DNA from: a bacterium
GTDB lineage: Bacteria; CAIWAD01
DNA: 64,000 nt
Assembly: GCA_030685015.1 (NCBI GenBank)
Contig: JAUXWS010000087.1
Coordinates: 24,822 to 88,821, forward strand
Direction of reading: 5' to 3'
Shown here: piece after piece, positions 25,775-33,866 of the stretch
Layout of the letters: each line of letters begins with the position of its first letter
Numbering within the stretch: the first letter of the stretch is position 1
Notes under the pieces: model-generated
What the model was told of the DNA's origin: nothing
The model's input: only the letters and a program-made list of their open reading frames with translations
Databases searched by the model: none
Position numbers and translations under genes: made by a program

Positions 25775-27539
25775 CCAGGCCGTGTTCCCATCCTCCTTCC
25801 GCGAGCACTGGCGCTGGCTGCGCCCCGCGGGCGAGCCGCCCGCGGACGGCCTCCTGCGGGCCTGGCCCGATCTGGGTCCCGCCGGTCGCTCGGCGCTGCT
25901 GTCGCTGCTGGCCGAGGCGCGCCGCCGCCTGGAGGAGCAGGCCGTCCCGGAAGCCGCTCCGATGGAGGCCGGCCGCCTGGCGCTGGCCCGACGCCTGCTG
26001 GACCGGGAGGAGGCCGCCCTGGCCCACCCGCCCGCTCGCGGCGAGGTGGTGGCGTTGGTCGCGGACACCCTGGAGTCGGATCTGGAGGCGGATCCCGCCC
26101 GGTGTCTGGAGCGGCTGCGGCGGCTGGACGAGCTGTCCCGGCCCCTCTTCGGCCCCGAGGCTCCCCCTTTGGGCGGGGACGGCGAGGAGGGACGCGCCGC
26201 CGCCCAGCGCCTGCGCGCCCTGGCCGCTCACCTGGGCCATCGTCTGCCCCGCCTGTCGGGCGGCGAAGCGGATCCCGCCCTGGGCCCCCTCGAAGAGCTG
26301 GCCCGCCGGGTGGAGGAGCTTCCCCCGACCCCCCCGCCCGCCGGTCCAGACAGGTGGGCGGAGATCGGGACCGAGGGTGGCTGGGAGCTGGCTCCCCTGT
26401 TGCAGCGGATCGAGGAGGAGCTGGGCCGCGTCCGCCGCGAGGCGGCGCGCCGCGCCCTCCTCCTCCGGCAACGCTTCCTGGGTTCGGCCGAGGCCCCCGG
26501 CGGCGACCTCCCCTGGATCCTGGCCCAGCTGGCCCTGGATCCGCCCCGCGCCGAGCACTGGCGCTGGCTGCACCAGCGGCTGGTCGGCGAGCTGGCCCGC
26601 CACCTGGACCGCCTGGGCCTTGCCGCGGGCCGCCTGGCTGTGCGGCTCTCGCCCGGCCTGTCGCCCGACCAGCCGGATCCCGCCTGTGACGGGTCGGGCG
26701 CGGCCCTCGGCCTGGCCGACCTCTCCCTGCTGGCGCCGGAGGAGCTGGAATCATTCCTGGAATCATGCGGCCACGCCCTCCTGCCGCTCCTTGTCGCCCG
26801 GGAAGGATTGCCCGGTCGCGCCTGGCGCTTGGCCGCAGCCCGGGAGGAAGGTGGTGACCCGGCGCGCGATGTGGTGGCCGTCCTTCTGCGCCCGGCGGAC
26901 CTGGAAGCCTGGGCCCGCTGGGCCGGGGACTGGGCCCTCCAGGCCGGCTGGCAGGCGGGCGACCTGCGTGTGCGCCTCTGCCAGGCCCGCCGCGAGGAGC
27001 TGGACTGGCTGCTGGCGCGCGCCGACCTGGAGCGCCGGCTGGGCAGTCGCGGCGAGGAGGAAATCCGCGAGCGCCTCTGCCGCGAGGCCGCCTTGTCCGC
27101 GCGGGCGGGCGAGGCCGCCTGGCGGCGCCTGGTCAGGGAGCCGGGCAGCCAGGCCGCCGCCGCCCTGCGTCTGCTCCATTTCCGCGAGGCGGGCCGCCGC
27201 TGGCGCCGTGCGCATCGGGAGGCCGCCTCGGCCGACTGGTTCCATCTGTTGGCAGCCTGCGCCCCCTTCCCGCTCGCCTGGCTGCGTCAGCATCTGCACC
27301 AGCTCCCGCCGCCGGGCCTGGCCTGGCGGCCACAGCCGCCCGCTCTCGTCAAGCCCGTCACGCCGCGGGGGGAGGGCCTGCTCAGCGAGATGGAGGAGCG
27401 GCTGGCCGCGCTGGGCCGCATCCGGCGCGAGGACCTGGAGGCCGGCCGCGAGTTCGACGGCGCCCCCGCCGGGCCGCCCACAGCCGATCCCCCGGGGCGA
27501 GATGGGTCGGAGGAAGAGGTCGATGCGTCAGCTGAGTGA
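25767..27539 (+). CDS. hypothetical protein, 590 aa, Arg/Leu/Ala/Glu-rich, no recognisable domain
   Basis: ATG overlaps the ychF stop (ATGTCTGA) and the 3' end overlaps the ABC exporter start by 17 nt. Very high GC3 codon usage in this frame is consistent with real coding. EHWRWL motif occurs twice. Confidence 0.55.
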   Translation: MSDQAVFPSSFREHWRWLRPAGEPPADGLLRAWPDLGPAGRSALLSLLAEARRRLEEQAVPEAAPMEAGRLALARRLLDREEAALAHPPARGEVVALVADTLESDLEADPARCLERLRRLDELSRPLFGPEAPPLGGDGEEGRAAAQRLRALAAHLGHRLPRLSGGEADPALGPLEELARRVEELPPTPPPAGPDRWAEIGTEGGWELAPLLQRIEEELGRVRREAARRALLLRQRFLGSAEAPGGDLPWILAQLALDPPRAEHWRWLHQRLVGELARHLDRLGLAAGRLAVRLSPGLSPDQPDPACDGSGAALGLADLSLLAPEELESFLESCGHALLPLLVAREGLPGRAWRLAAAREEGGDPARDVVAVLLRPADLEAWARWAGDWALQAGWQAGDLRVRLCQARREELDWLLARADLERRLGSRGEEEIRERLCREAALSARAGEAAWRRLVREPGSQAAAALRLLHFREAGRRWRRAHREAASADWFHLLAACAPFPLAWLRQHLHQLPPPGLAWRPQPPALVKPVTPRGEGLLSEMEERLAALGRIRREDLEAGREFDGAPAGPPTADPPGRDGSEEEVDASAE

Positions 27540-29259
27540 GATCTTCCGCCTGCTGGTCCGCTACCGTTCCCGCCTGCTGGTGGGCGCCTTCTTCGTGCTG
27601 GTCACCAACACCATCCTCATCTTCGGCCCGCGCGTGCTGGGCCTGGCCGTGGACGACCTGCGCGACGGCCTGGTGCGCCACTCCCTGGGCTGGTACCTGG
27701 GCTGGCTGCTGGCCATCAGCCTGGGCCAGGGCTTGGCCCGCTTCGCCATGCGCCGCATCCTCATCGGCACTTCGCGGCGGGTGGAGCGCGACCTGCGCGC
27801 CACCTACCTGGAGCGGTTGCTCGAGCTGCCGCGGAGCTTCTACGCCCGGCGCTACACGGGCGACATCATGAGCCGCGCCACCCAGGACATCGAGAACGTG
27901 CGCATGGCGGCCGGACCGGCCCTCATGTACTCGCTGGACACGATCCTGCTCAGCGCCTACGCCCTCACCATGATGCTGCTCATCCACCCCGCCCTCACCG
28001 GCATCGTGCTGGCCCTGCTGCCCGTCATCAGCGGCCTGGTCTGGTGGCTCTCCCACCGCATCCACCTGGCCACAATGGATGCCCAGCGCTGCTTCGGGCG
28101 CGTCTCCACCGTCGTGCAGGAGGCCCTCTCCGGCATCCGCGTCATCCAGGCCTACGTCCGCGAGGAGCATCAGGCCCGCCGCTTCGACGACCAGCTGGTG
28201 GAGTACCGTCGCCTGCAGATGCGGCTGGTGGGCCTCCAAAGCGCCTTCCGGCCGCTGCTCGGCCTGCTCTTCGCCCTGGGACAGGGCCTGGTTCTGTGGC
28301 AGGGCGGACGCCTCATCGTCGAGGGTGCCCTCACCCTGGGCGACTACGTGGCCTTCTCCACCTACCTGACCCTGCTGTCCTGGCCGATGGTGGCCACCGG
28401 CTGGAGTCTCAGCCTGCTGCAGCGCGGCAGCGCCGGCATGCGACGGCTCAACGAGGTGCTGGGCGCCTCCGTCGAGCTGGCCTGGGGCGGCGCCCGGCCC
28501 CGCCTGCAAGCTCGCCTGAGCGTGCAGGGACTGGGCTTCCGCTACCCGGACGCGGAGGCGGACGCCCTCCAGGACCTCAGCTTCGACCTGGAGCCGGGTC
28601 AGGCCATGGGCATCGTGGGCCTGACCGGCTGCGGCAAATCCACCCTGCTGCGCCTGCTGGCGAGGCAGGCCGATCCCGACCGCGGTCGCATCCTGCTGGA
28701 CGGCCATGACATCCGCAGCCTCGATCCCGGTCTGCTGCGCTCCATGATGACGGTCGTGCCCCAGGACGCCTTCCTCTTCAGCGCCACCCTGGCCGGCAAC
28801 GTGGCCTATGGGCGGCCCGACGCCCCCCGCGCCGAGCTGGAGCGCGCCGCGGCGGACAGCCGCCTCGAGCAGGACCTGCCCCAGTTGCCAGCCGGTTGGG
28901 AGACCCTGGTGGGCGAGCGGGGCGTGACCCTCTCCGGCGGACAGAAGCAGCGGGCCACCATCGCCCGCGCCCTGGTGCCCGAGGCCCCCATCCTCTTGCT
29001 GGACGATGCCCTCTCCGCCATCGACACGCGCACCGAGGAGGCCCTTGTCCACCGCCTGCGCGACGTGATGGCCCGGCGCACCGTGCTCATCGCCTCCCAC
29101 CGGCTCTCCATCATGCGGGAGGTGGACGTCATCATCGTGCTCGACCAGGGCCGCATGGTCGAGCGCGGCACCCATGACGAGCTGGTGAAGCGGGGCGGCC
29201 TCTACGCCGAGCTGTGGCGCCGCCAGGAGCTGCGCAGCGCCCTCGAGGAGGCGGCATGA
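27523..29259 (+). CDS. ABC transporter permease/ATP-binding protein (type I exporter half-transporter, subunit 1)
   Basis: Six-TM domain followed by Walker A (GLTGCGKST), signature (LSGGQKQRATIARAL) and Walker B (ILLLDDALSAID) motifs. Confidence 0.85.
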   Translation: MRQLSEIFRLLVRYRSRLLVGAFFVLVTNTILIFGPRVLGLAVDDLRDGLVRHSLGWYLGWLLAISLGQGLARFAMRRILIGTSRRVERDLRATYLERLLELPRSFYARRYTGDIMSRATQDIENVRMAAGPALMYSLDTILLSAYALTMMLLIHPALTGIVLALLPVISGLVWWLSHRIHLATMDAQRCFGRVSTVVQEALSGIRVIQAYVREEHQARRFDDQLVEYRRLQMRLVGLQSAFRPLLGLLFALGQGLVLWQGGRLIVEGALTLGDYVAFSTYLTLLSWPMVATGWSLSLLQRGSAGMRRLNEVLGASVELAWGGARPRLQARLSVQGLGFRYPDAEADALQDLSFDLEPGQAMGIVGLTGCGKSTLLRLLARQADPDRGRILLDGHDIRSLDPGLLRSMMTVVPQDAFLFSATLAGNVAYGRPDAPRAELERAAADSRLEQDLPQLPAGWETLVGERGVTLSGGQKQRATIARALVPEAPILLLDDALSAIDTRTEEALVHRLRDVMARRTVLIASHRLSIMREVDVIIVLDQGRMVERGTHDELVKRGGLYAELWRRQELRSALEEAA

Positions 29260-31076
29260 ACGGGATGGGCATGGGCGGGGGCATGCGCCATGGCCGCGCC
29301 TCCGACAGCGAGCGCGGACTGGACGGCCGCCTCCTGCGCCGTCTCACCGCCTACCTGCGGCCGCACTGGCGGGGAGCCCTCCTCGCCCTGCTCATGATCC
29401 TGGGCGCCGCCGCCCTGGAGACGGCCGTGCCCCTGGTGACGCGCCACGCCATCGACGTGCATGTGGCGGGGCGCGACCTGGCCGGGCTCTTCCGATCCCT
29501 CCTGGCCTTCCTGGGACTCTCCCTGGGCGCCTTCCTGCTGCGCTACGCCCAGCAGCTGACCACGGGCTGGATCGGCCAGAGCATCGTCCTCAAGCTGCGC
29601 GGCCGGGTCTTCGCCCGCGTCCTGCGCCTGCCCCTGGCCTGGTTCGACCGCCACCCCGTCGGTCAGGTGATGAGCCGCATCACCAACGACGTGGAATCCT
29701 TGAACGAGCTGTTCACGGGCGGCCTCATCCTCATCTTCCAGGACATCCTGCTGCTGGTCGCCATCGCCGCCGCCCTCCTCTGGATGGACTGGCGCCTGGC
29801 TTTGGTCCTCTTCGCCGTGGTGCCCTTCATCTTCCTGGCCAGCTTCCAGTTCAAACGGTTGACCCGGGCCGCCTTCCGCCGCGTGCGGGCCCTGGTGGGC
29901 GAAGTGACGGGCTTCCTGCAGGAGACGATCACGGGCATGGCCGTGGTCCAGCTCTTCCGGCGGGAGCGCGGCACCCGGGAGCGCTTCGCCCGCATGAACG
30001 ACGAGCTGATGCGGGAGAATGTCCGCACCATCTTCTACTTCGCCGTCTTCTTCCCGCTGATGGAGCTGCTGGGCAGCGTGGCGACGGCGGCCATCATCTG
30101 GGCGGCGGCGGGACGCCTGCTGGAGGGCAGCCTGAGTTTCGGCGCCCTGGTCGCCTTCCTGGCCTACGCCGATCGCTTCTTCCGCCCCATCCGCGACCTG
30201 GCCGAGAAGTACAACATCCTGCAGAGCGCCATGGCCGCCTCCGAGCGTGTCTTCGAACTGCTGGACGAGCCGGCCGCCCTGGCTGGTGGCCTGGTGGGCG
30301 CGCCCGGCGGTCCGCCCGCTCCGCCACGGCGGGGAGAGGTGGTGTTCGAGGGGGTCTGTTTCGCCTATGAAGGGGAGAACTGGGTGCTGCAGGACCTCTC
30401 CTTCCGCATTGAAGCCGGCACCAGCACGGCCCTGGTGGGCTGGACGGGCGCCGGCAAGAGCAGCGTGGCCGGCCTGCTGCTGCGCTACTACGAGTTCCAG
30501 CGCGGACGAATCCTGGTGGACGGCGTGGACATCCGCCAGTGGGATGCGGCCGCCCTGCGCGGGCGCATGGCCATCGTCCTCCAGGATGTCTTCCTCTTCT
30601 CCGGGACGGTGGCCGACAACATCCGCCTGGGGCGCGAGCTGCCGGTGGGGGCGGTGGAGGCGGCGGCGCGGCGCACCGGCCTGGACCGCCTGGCCGGACA
30701 GCGCGCCCTGGGCTATGAGGAGCCGGTGGGGGAACGGGGTCAGCTGCTCAGCGGCGGCCAGCGCCAGCTGGTCAGCTTCTCGCGGGCCCTGGCCGGGGAT
30801 CCGGCCATCCTGGTGCTGGACGAGGCGACCAGCAGCGTGGACTCCTTGTCGGAAGAGCTGATCCAGCAGGCCATCGCCCAAATGATGAGCGGACGCAGCT
30901 CTCTGGTCATCGCCCATCGCCTGTCCACCATCCGCGCCGCCGACCAGATCCTGGTCCTGCACCAGGGCCGGCTGGTGGAGCGGGGCCGCCACGACGAGCT
31001 GCTGGCGGCGCAGGGCTTCTACCATCGCCTCTGGCAGCTGGAGCAGCCGGTGGGGGAGGCGGACCGTGCAGCTTGA
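29256..31076 (+). CDS. ABC transporter permease/ATP-binding protein (type I exporter half-transporter, subunit 2)
   Basis: ATGA overlap with subunit 1. Walker A (GWTGAGKSS), signature (LSGGQRQLVSFSRAL) and Walker B (ILVLDEATSSVD) motifs. Confidence 0.85.
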   Translation: MNGMGMGGGMRHGRASDSERGLDGRLLRRLTAYLRPHWRGALLALLMILGAAALETAVPLVTRHAIDVHVAGRDLAGLFRSLLAFLGLSLGAFLLRYAQQLTTGWIGQSIVLKLRGRVFARVLRLPLAWFDRHPVGQVMSRITNDVESLNELFTGGLILIFQDILLLVAIAAALLWMDWRLALVLFAVVPFIFLASFQFKRLTRAAFRRVRALVGEVTGFLQETITGMAVVQLFRRERGTRERFARMNDELMRENVRTIFYFAVFFPLMELLGSVATAAIIWAAAGRLLEGSLSFGALVAFLAYADRFFRPIRDLAEKYNILQSAMAASERVFELLDEPAALAGGLVGAPGGPPAPPRRGEVVFEGVCFAYEGENWVLQDLSFRIEAGTSTALVGWTGAGKSSVAGLLLRYYEFQRGRILVDGVDIRQWDAAALRGRMAIVLQDVFLFSGTVADNIRLGRELPVGAVEAAARRTGLDRLAGQRALGYEEPVGERGQLLSGGQRQLVSFSRALAGDPAILVLDEATSSVDSLSEELIQQAIAQMMSGRSSLVIAHRLSTIRAADQILVLHQGRLVERGRHDELLAAQGFYHRLWQLEQPVGEADRAA

Positions 31077-31083
31077 GCCGATC

Positions 31084-32106
31084 ATGCTGCTGGCGGACGG
31101 GGTGACCGCCTCCTTCTGGGTCCTGCTCATGGCCGGCCTGCTGGGGGGGCTCACGGCCGGCCTCTTCGGCGTGGGCGGCGGCGTCATCGTCACGCCCCTG
31201 CTCATCTCCCTGGGCGTGCCGCCCCGCATCGCCGCCGGCAGCATGAACGTGGCCATCATCGCCAATGCGGCCGACTCGCTGGTGCACGACCTGCCGCGGC
31301 GCCGGGTCGACTGGCGGCTGGGTCTGTTCATGGGGGCGGCCGCCGTGGCGGGCGGGCAAGCGGGGACATTTTGGCTGGGCCGCCTGGGCAAGCCGGAATT
31401 GGTGGACCTCATGATCCGCGCCGGCTTCCTTGTCCTGCTGGCCTACATGGCCTATCACCTGCTGCGCAAGAAGCTGTCCCGCGGGGACACCGCCCGCCGC
31501 TGGCTCTTCCACATGCCCCTGCGCTACCAGAGTCCCTGGGAGGAGGCGCCGGTCAGCGCCCTGGGTCCCGTCCTGGCCTCGCTGGGGGGCGGCCTGGTGG
31601 CATCCTTGCTGGGAGTGGGCGGCGGCATCTTCTACGTGCCGGTCCTCCTGGCCCTCTTCCACCGCCCCCTGCAGGAGCTGGTCCCCGTCAGCCAGATCGC
31701 CGTCCTGCTGGGCACCTTGTCCGTCAGCACGGGCCATGTGCTGCACACGGGCTTCATCGATCCGCGCCTCTCCCTCATCCTGATCACGGCGGGCAGCGTG
31801 GGCACGGTGGTGGGCACGCGGCTCAAGTCGCACCTGGAGAGCCGGCTGTTGGAGCGCCTGCTCGCCCTGGTGCTCCTGGCCGCCGCGCTGCGCCTCGCCC
31901 TGCCCCTGATCGGGTTGGAGGCATCCCCCGCGCGGGCCGCGACGACCCTGGGGCGGGACTGGCTGCGGCCCTTCGCCGACTGGTGCGCCCGCGATCCGCT
32001 TCACCTTTGGCTGGGCACGGTGGGCGTGGCCCTGGGCATGGCACCGCTTCTCTCCTGGCTGCAGCATGCCCTCCTGGACCGCTTGCGCCGACGGAGCGCC
32101 ACCTGA
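31084..32106 (+). CDS. TauE/SafE (TSUP, DUF81) family anion-exporter permease
   Basis: Duplicated 4-TM halves each carrying a GVGGG motif (LFGVGGGVIVTPLL and LLGVGGGIFYVPVL). Confidence 0.75.
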   Translation: MLLADGVTASFWVLLMAGLLGGLTAGLFGVGGGVIVTPLLISLGVPPRIAAGSMNVAIIANAADSLVHDLPRRRVDWRLGLFMGAAAVAGGQAGTFWLGRLGKPELVDLMIRAGFLVLLAYMAYHLLRKKLSRGDTARRWLFHMPLRYQSPWEEAPVSALGPVLASLGGGLVASLLGVGGGIFYVPVLLALFHRPLQELVPVSQIAVLLGTLSVSTGHVLHTGFIDPRLSLILITAGSVGTVVGTRLKSHLESRLLERLLALVLLAAALRLALPLIGLEASPARAATTLGRDWLRPFADWCARDPLHLWLGTVGVALGMAPLLSWLQHALLDRLRRRSAT

Positions 32107-32132
32107 TGATCATCAGCAGCCCACGGGGACAA

Positions 32133-32338
32133 CCCCCGGGCAACCCCCGGGCAACACCAGGGCAACACCAGGGCAACACCAGGGCGGCACCAGGGCAACA
32201 CCAGGGCAACACCAGGGCAACACCAAGGCGACACCAGGGCAACACCAGGGCAACACCAGGGCGACACCAGGGCAACACCAGGGCAACACCAGGGCAACAC
32301 CAGGGCGACACCAGGGCGACACCAGGGGGCCAATTCGC
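32133..32338. repeat. 11-bp tandem repeat array, about 18 copies (consensus CACCAGGGCAA)
   Basis: Two cccccgggcaa units are followed by caccagggcaa units with occasional A-to-G or G-to-A variants. The array fills the whole gap between the TauE stop (32104-32106) and the reverse-strand stop at 32340-32342. It has no stop codon in any of the six frames. Confidence 0.95.
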
Positions 32339-32339
32339 C

Positions 32340-32624
32340 TCAGTAGCAGGCGTCGCGTCCAGTGCTGATGCTGAAAGCCGCCCGGTCTCGACCCTGGCGG
32401 TAATCCACCACCGCCTCCTCCACCCACTCCCGCTCCTGGGAATCCATCAGCACGAGGATCCCATTGACGTGAAGCTGTTTATCACTCTCCTGCGGCTCGT
32501 CCAGAGCCAGCCCCAGGCGGGGCCCGCCTCACCCGTGGCCGGCGATGGTGACACGCAAGCCCGCGCCGGGGTGTTCGGCCAGGATGGCCTGCAGGCGCTC
32601 CCGCGCCTTGTCGGTGATCTGCAC
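32340..32624 (-). CDS. IscA/HesB-like iron-sulfur cluster insertion protein with an in-frame TGA (candidate selenocysteine) at the conserved Cys position
   Basis: Reverse-strand translation from GTG 32624 gives (M)QITDKARERLQAILAEHPGAGLRVTIAGHG-TGA-GGPRLGLALDEPQESDKQLHVNGILVLMDSQEREWVEEAVVDYRQGRDRAAFSISTGRDACY*. It aligns to E. coli IscA [23 protein letters not shown] with the TGA (32529-32531) opposite Cys35. The hairpin GCCCC-gcct-GGGGC begins 6 nt after the TGA. Confidence 0.55.
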
Positions 32625-32688
32625 ATGGCCTCCCAGGATTCGCACAATCTGCTTCCACCCGCACAACCATGAGGGCGGGGCTGCCAGC

Positions 32689-32717
32689 TTGACGCCGCCA
32701 GACCGGCCACATAATAT
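32689..32717 (+). promoter_or_regulatory. near-consensus sigma70-type promoter (TTGACG, 17-bp spacer, TAATAT) overlapped by a 23-bp perfect palindrome
   Basis: The -35 element is 32689-32694 and the -10 element is 32712-32717. The palindrome AATATTTCATG-C-CATGAAATATT (32713-32735) covers the -10 and the predicted transcription start site. Confidence 0.5.
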
Positions 32718-32977
32718 TTCATGCCATGAAATATTTCAACAAGACCTTGGATTGTCACAAGTTCGACATGCTGACACATTGTTAGTTATGACGTATTCTG
32801 GCAGATTTGCGGGCGCCCTGTCGTATGTCAATACAAGCGGAACGGGCGGTTCAGCCTGGCTTTCCTTTGTCAATCAGGGTGCTGCGGTTTTTGCCGCTTC
32901 GGTGGCTTCGCGCGGACCATCCCGGGGCTTCGCCGGCGGATGCTCGCGGAAGGGACTCAACCATGTCAGGAGGATCC

Positions 32978-33796
32978 ATGTCGACCCGCATCTGGCTCTT
33001 GCTTGTCTGTCCGGCCCTGGCCTTCGGCTATGCCAGCGGTCCGCCCAACGGCCTCACGGGCGCGCCCGGCGAAGGCACCTGCATCCAATGTCATGACAGT
33101 TTCGGTTTGAACAGCGGCAGCGGCCTGCTCACCATCAGCGGTCCGGACGAGTATGAGCCGGGCCAGACCTATCCCATCACGGTCACGCTGGCCCACGCCG
33201 GCCAGTCCCGCTGGGGCTTCCAGATGACCCCCCTGGACTTGGGAGCGCTCCTGGTCACGGACTTCGTCAACACCCAGGGCAGCAGCACGGGCGGCAACAG
33301 CTACGTGAAGCACACCACGACCGGAACCCAGGCCGGCACGGCGGACGGCCCGGTGAGCTGGACCTGCGACTGGATCGCCCCGGCCACCGACGTGGGACCG
33401 GTCACCTTCTACGCCGCCGGCAACGCGGCCAACGGCAACTTCAGCAACAGTGGCGACTACATCTACACGGCCTCCTTCACGACGGAGTTCCCCACGGGCA
33501 TGGCGCCCGTCCTTGTCCGTGGCTTCGCCCTGCTGGACGCCTATCCCAACCCCTTCAATCCCGGCACCACCCTGCGCTATCGCCTCGATGTCCCCGGCGA
33601 AGCGCGGCTGGAGGTCTACGATCTGGCTGGCCGTCTGGTGGACCGGCTGGCCCAGGGCTGGCATGGCGTGGGCGAGTACACGGCGCGCTGGGCCGGATTG
33701 GCGCAGGGCGGCCGACCCGCCGCCGCCGGCGTCTATCTGGCCCGCCTGGAGTTGAACGGCGCGGCCGAGGTGAAGCGCCTCCTGCTGGTGAAGTGA
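32978..33796 (+). CDS. secreted protein with single CxxCH motif and C-terminal T9SS-type (Por secretion tail) sorting domain
   Basis: Signal peptide MSTRIWLLLVCPALAFGYA. CIQCH lies 25 aa after the predicted cleavage site. The C-terminus YPNPFNPGTTLRYRLDVPGEARLEVYDLAGRLV...GVYLARLELNGAAEVKRLLLVK matches the T9SS C-terminal domain consensus. The alternative ATG at 32963 is possible. Confidence 0.65.
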   Translation: MSTRIWLLLVCPALAFGYASGPPNGLTGAPGEGTCIQCHDSFGLNSGSGLLTISGPDEYEPGQTYPITVTLAHAGQSRWGFQMTPLDLGALLVTDFVNTQGSSTGGNSYVKHTTTGTQAGTADGPVSWTCDWIAPATDVGPVTFYAAGNAANGNFSNSGDYIYTASFTTEFPTGMAPVLVRGFALLDAYPNPFNPGTTLRYRLDVPGEARLEVYDLAGRLVDRLAQGWHGVGEYTARWAGLAQGGRPAAAGVYLARLELNGAAEVKRLLLVK

Positions 33797-33816
33797 GCCT
33801 CCGATTCAGTCCATGC

Positions 33817-33843
33817 AAAAGGGGAAGCACGGCCTCCCCTTTT
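33817..33843. terminator. bidirectional rho-independent terminator between convergent genes
   Basis: aaaagggga-agcacggcc-tcccctttt is a GC-rich stem flanked by A-runs and T-runs on both strands. Confidence 0.7.
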
Positions 33844-33866
33844 CGTGGCTTGTCGTGCTTGGCGGA

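Noticed and set aside
25549-29259. 1236-aa plus-strand ORF
   Set aside because: Only the last 578 codons, from the ATG at 27523, form the ABC exporter. The upstream part is an Arg/Pro/Gly-rich open frame overlapping ychF and the real hypothetical gene in other frames.
25480-31412. Multiple long reverse-strand ORFs (25480-26766, 27382-29175, 29202-31412 and others)
   Set aside because: They are Gly/Arg/Pro/Ala-rich low-complexity translations antisense to the hypothetical and ABC transporter genes. These are typical high-GC artefacts.
32107-32340. Possible CRISPR array
   Set aside because: The repeat unit is only 11 bp and is directly tandem with no intervening spacers. No cas genes are nearby. 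It is classified as a tandem repeat or VNTR instead.
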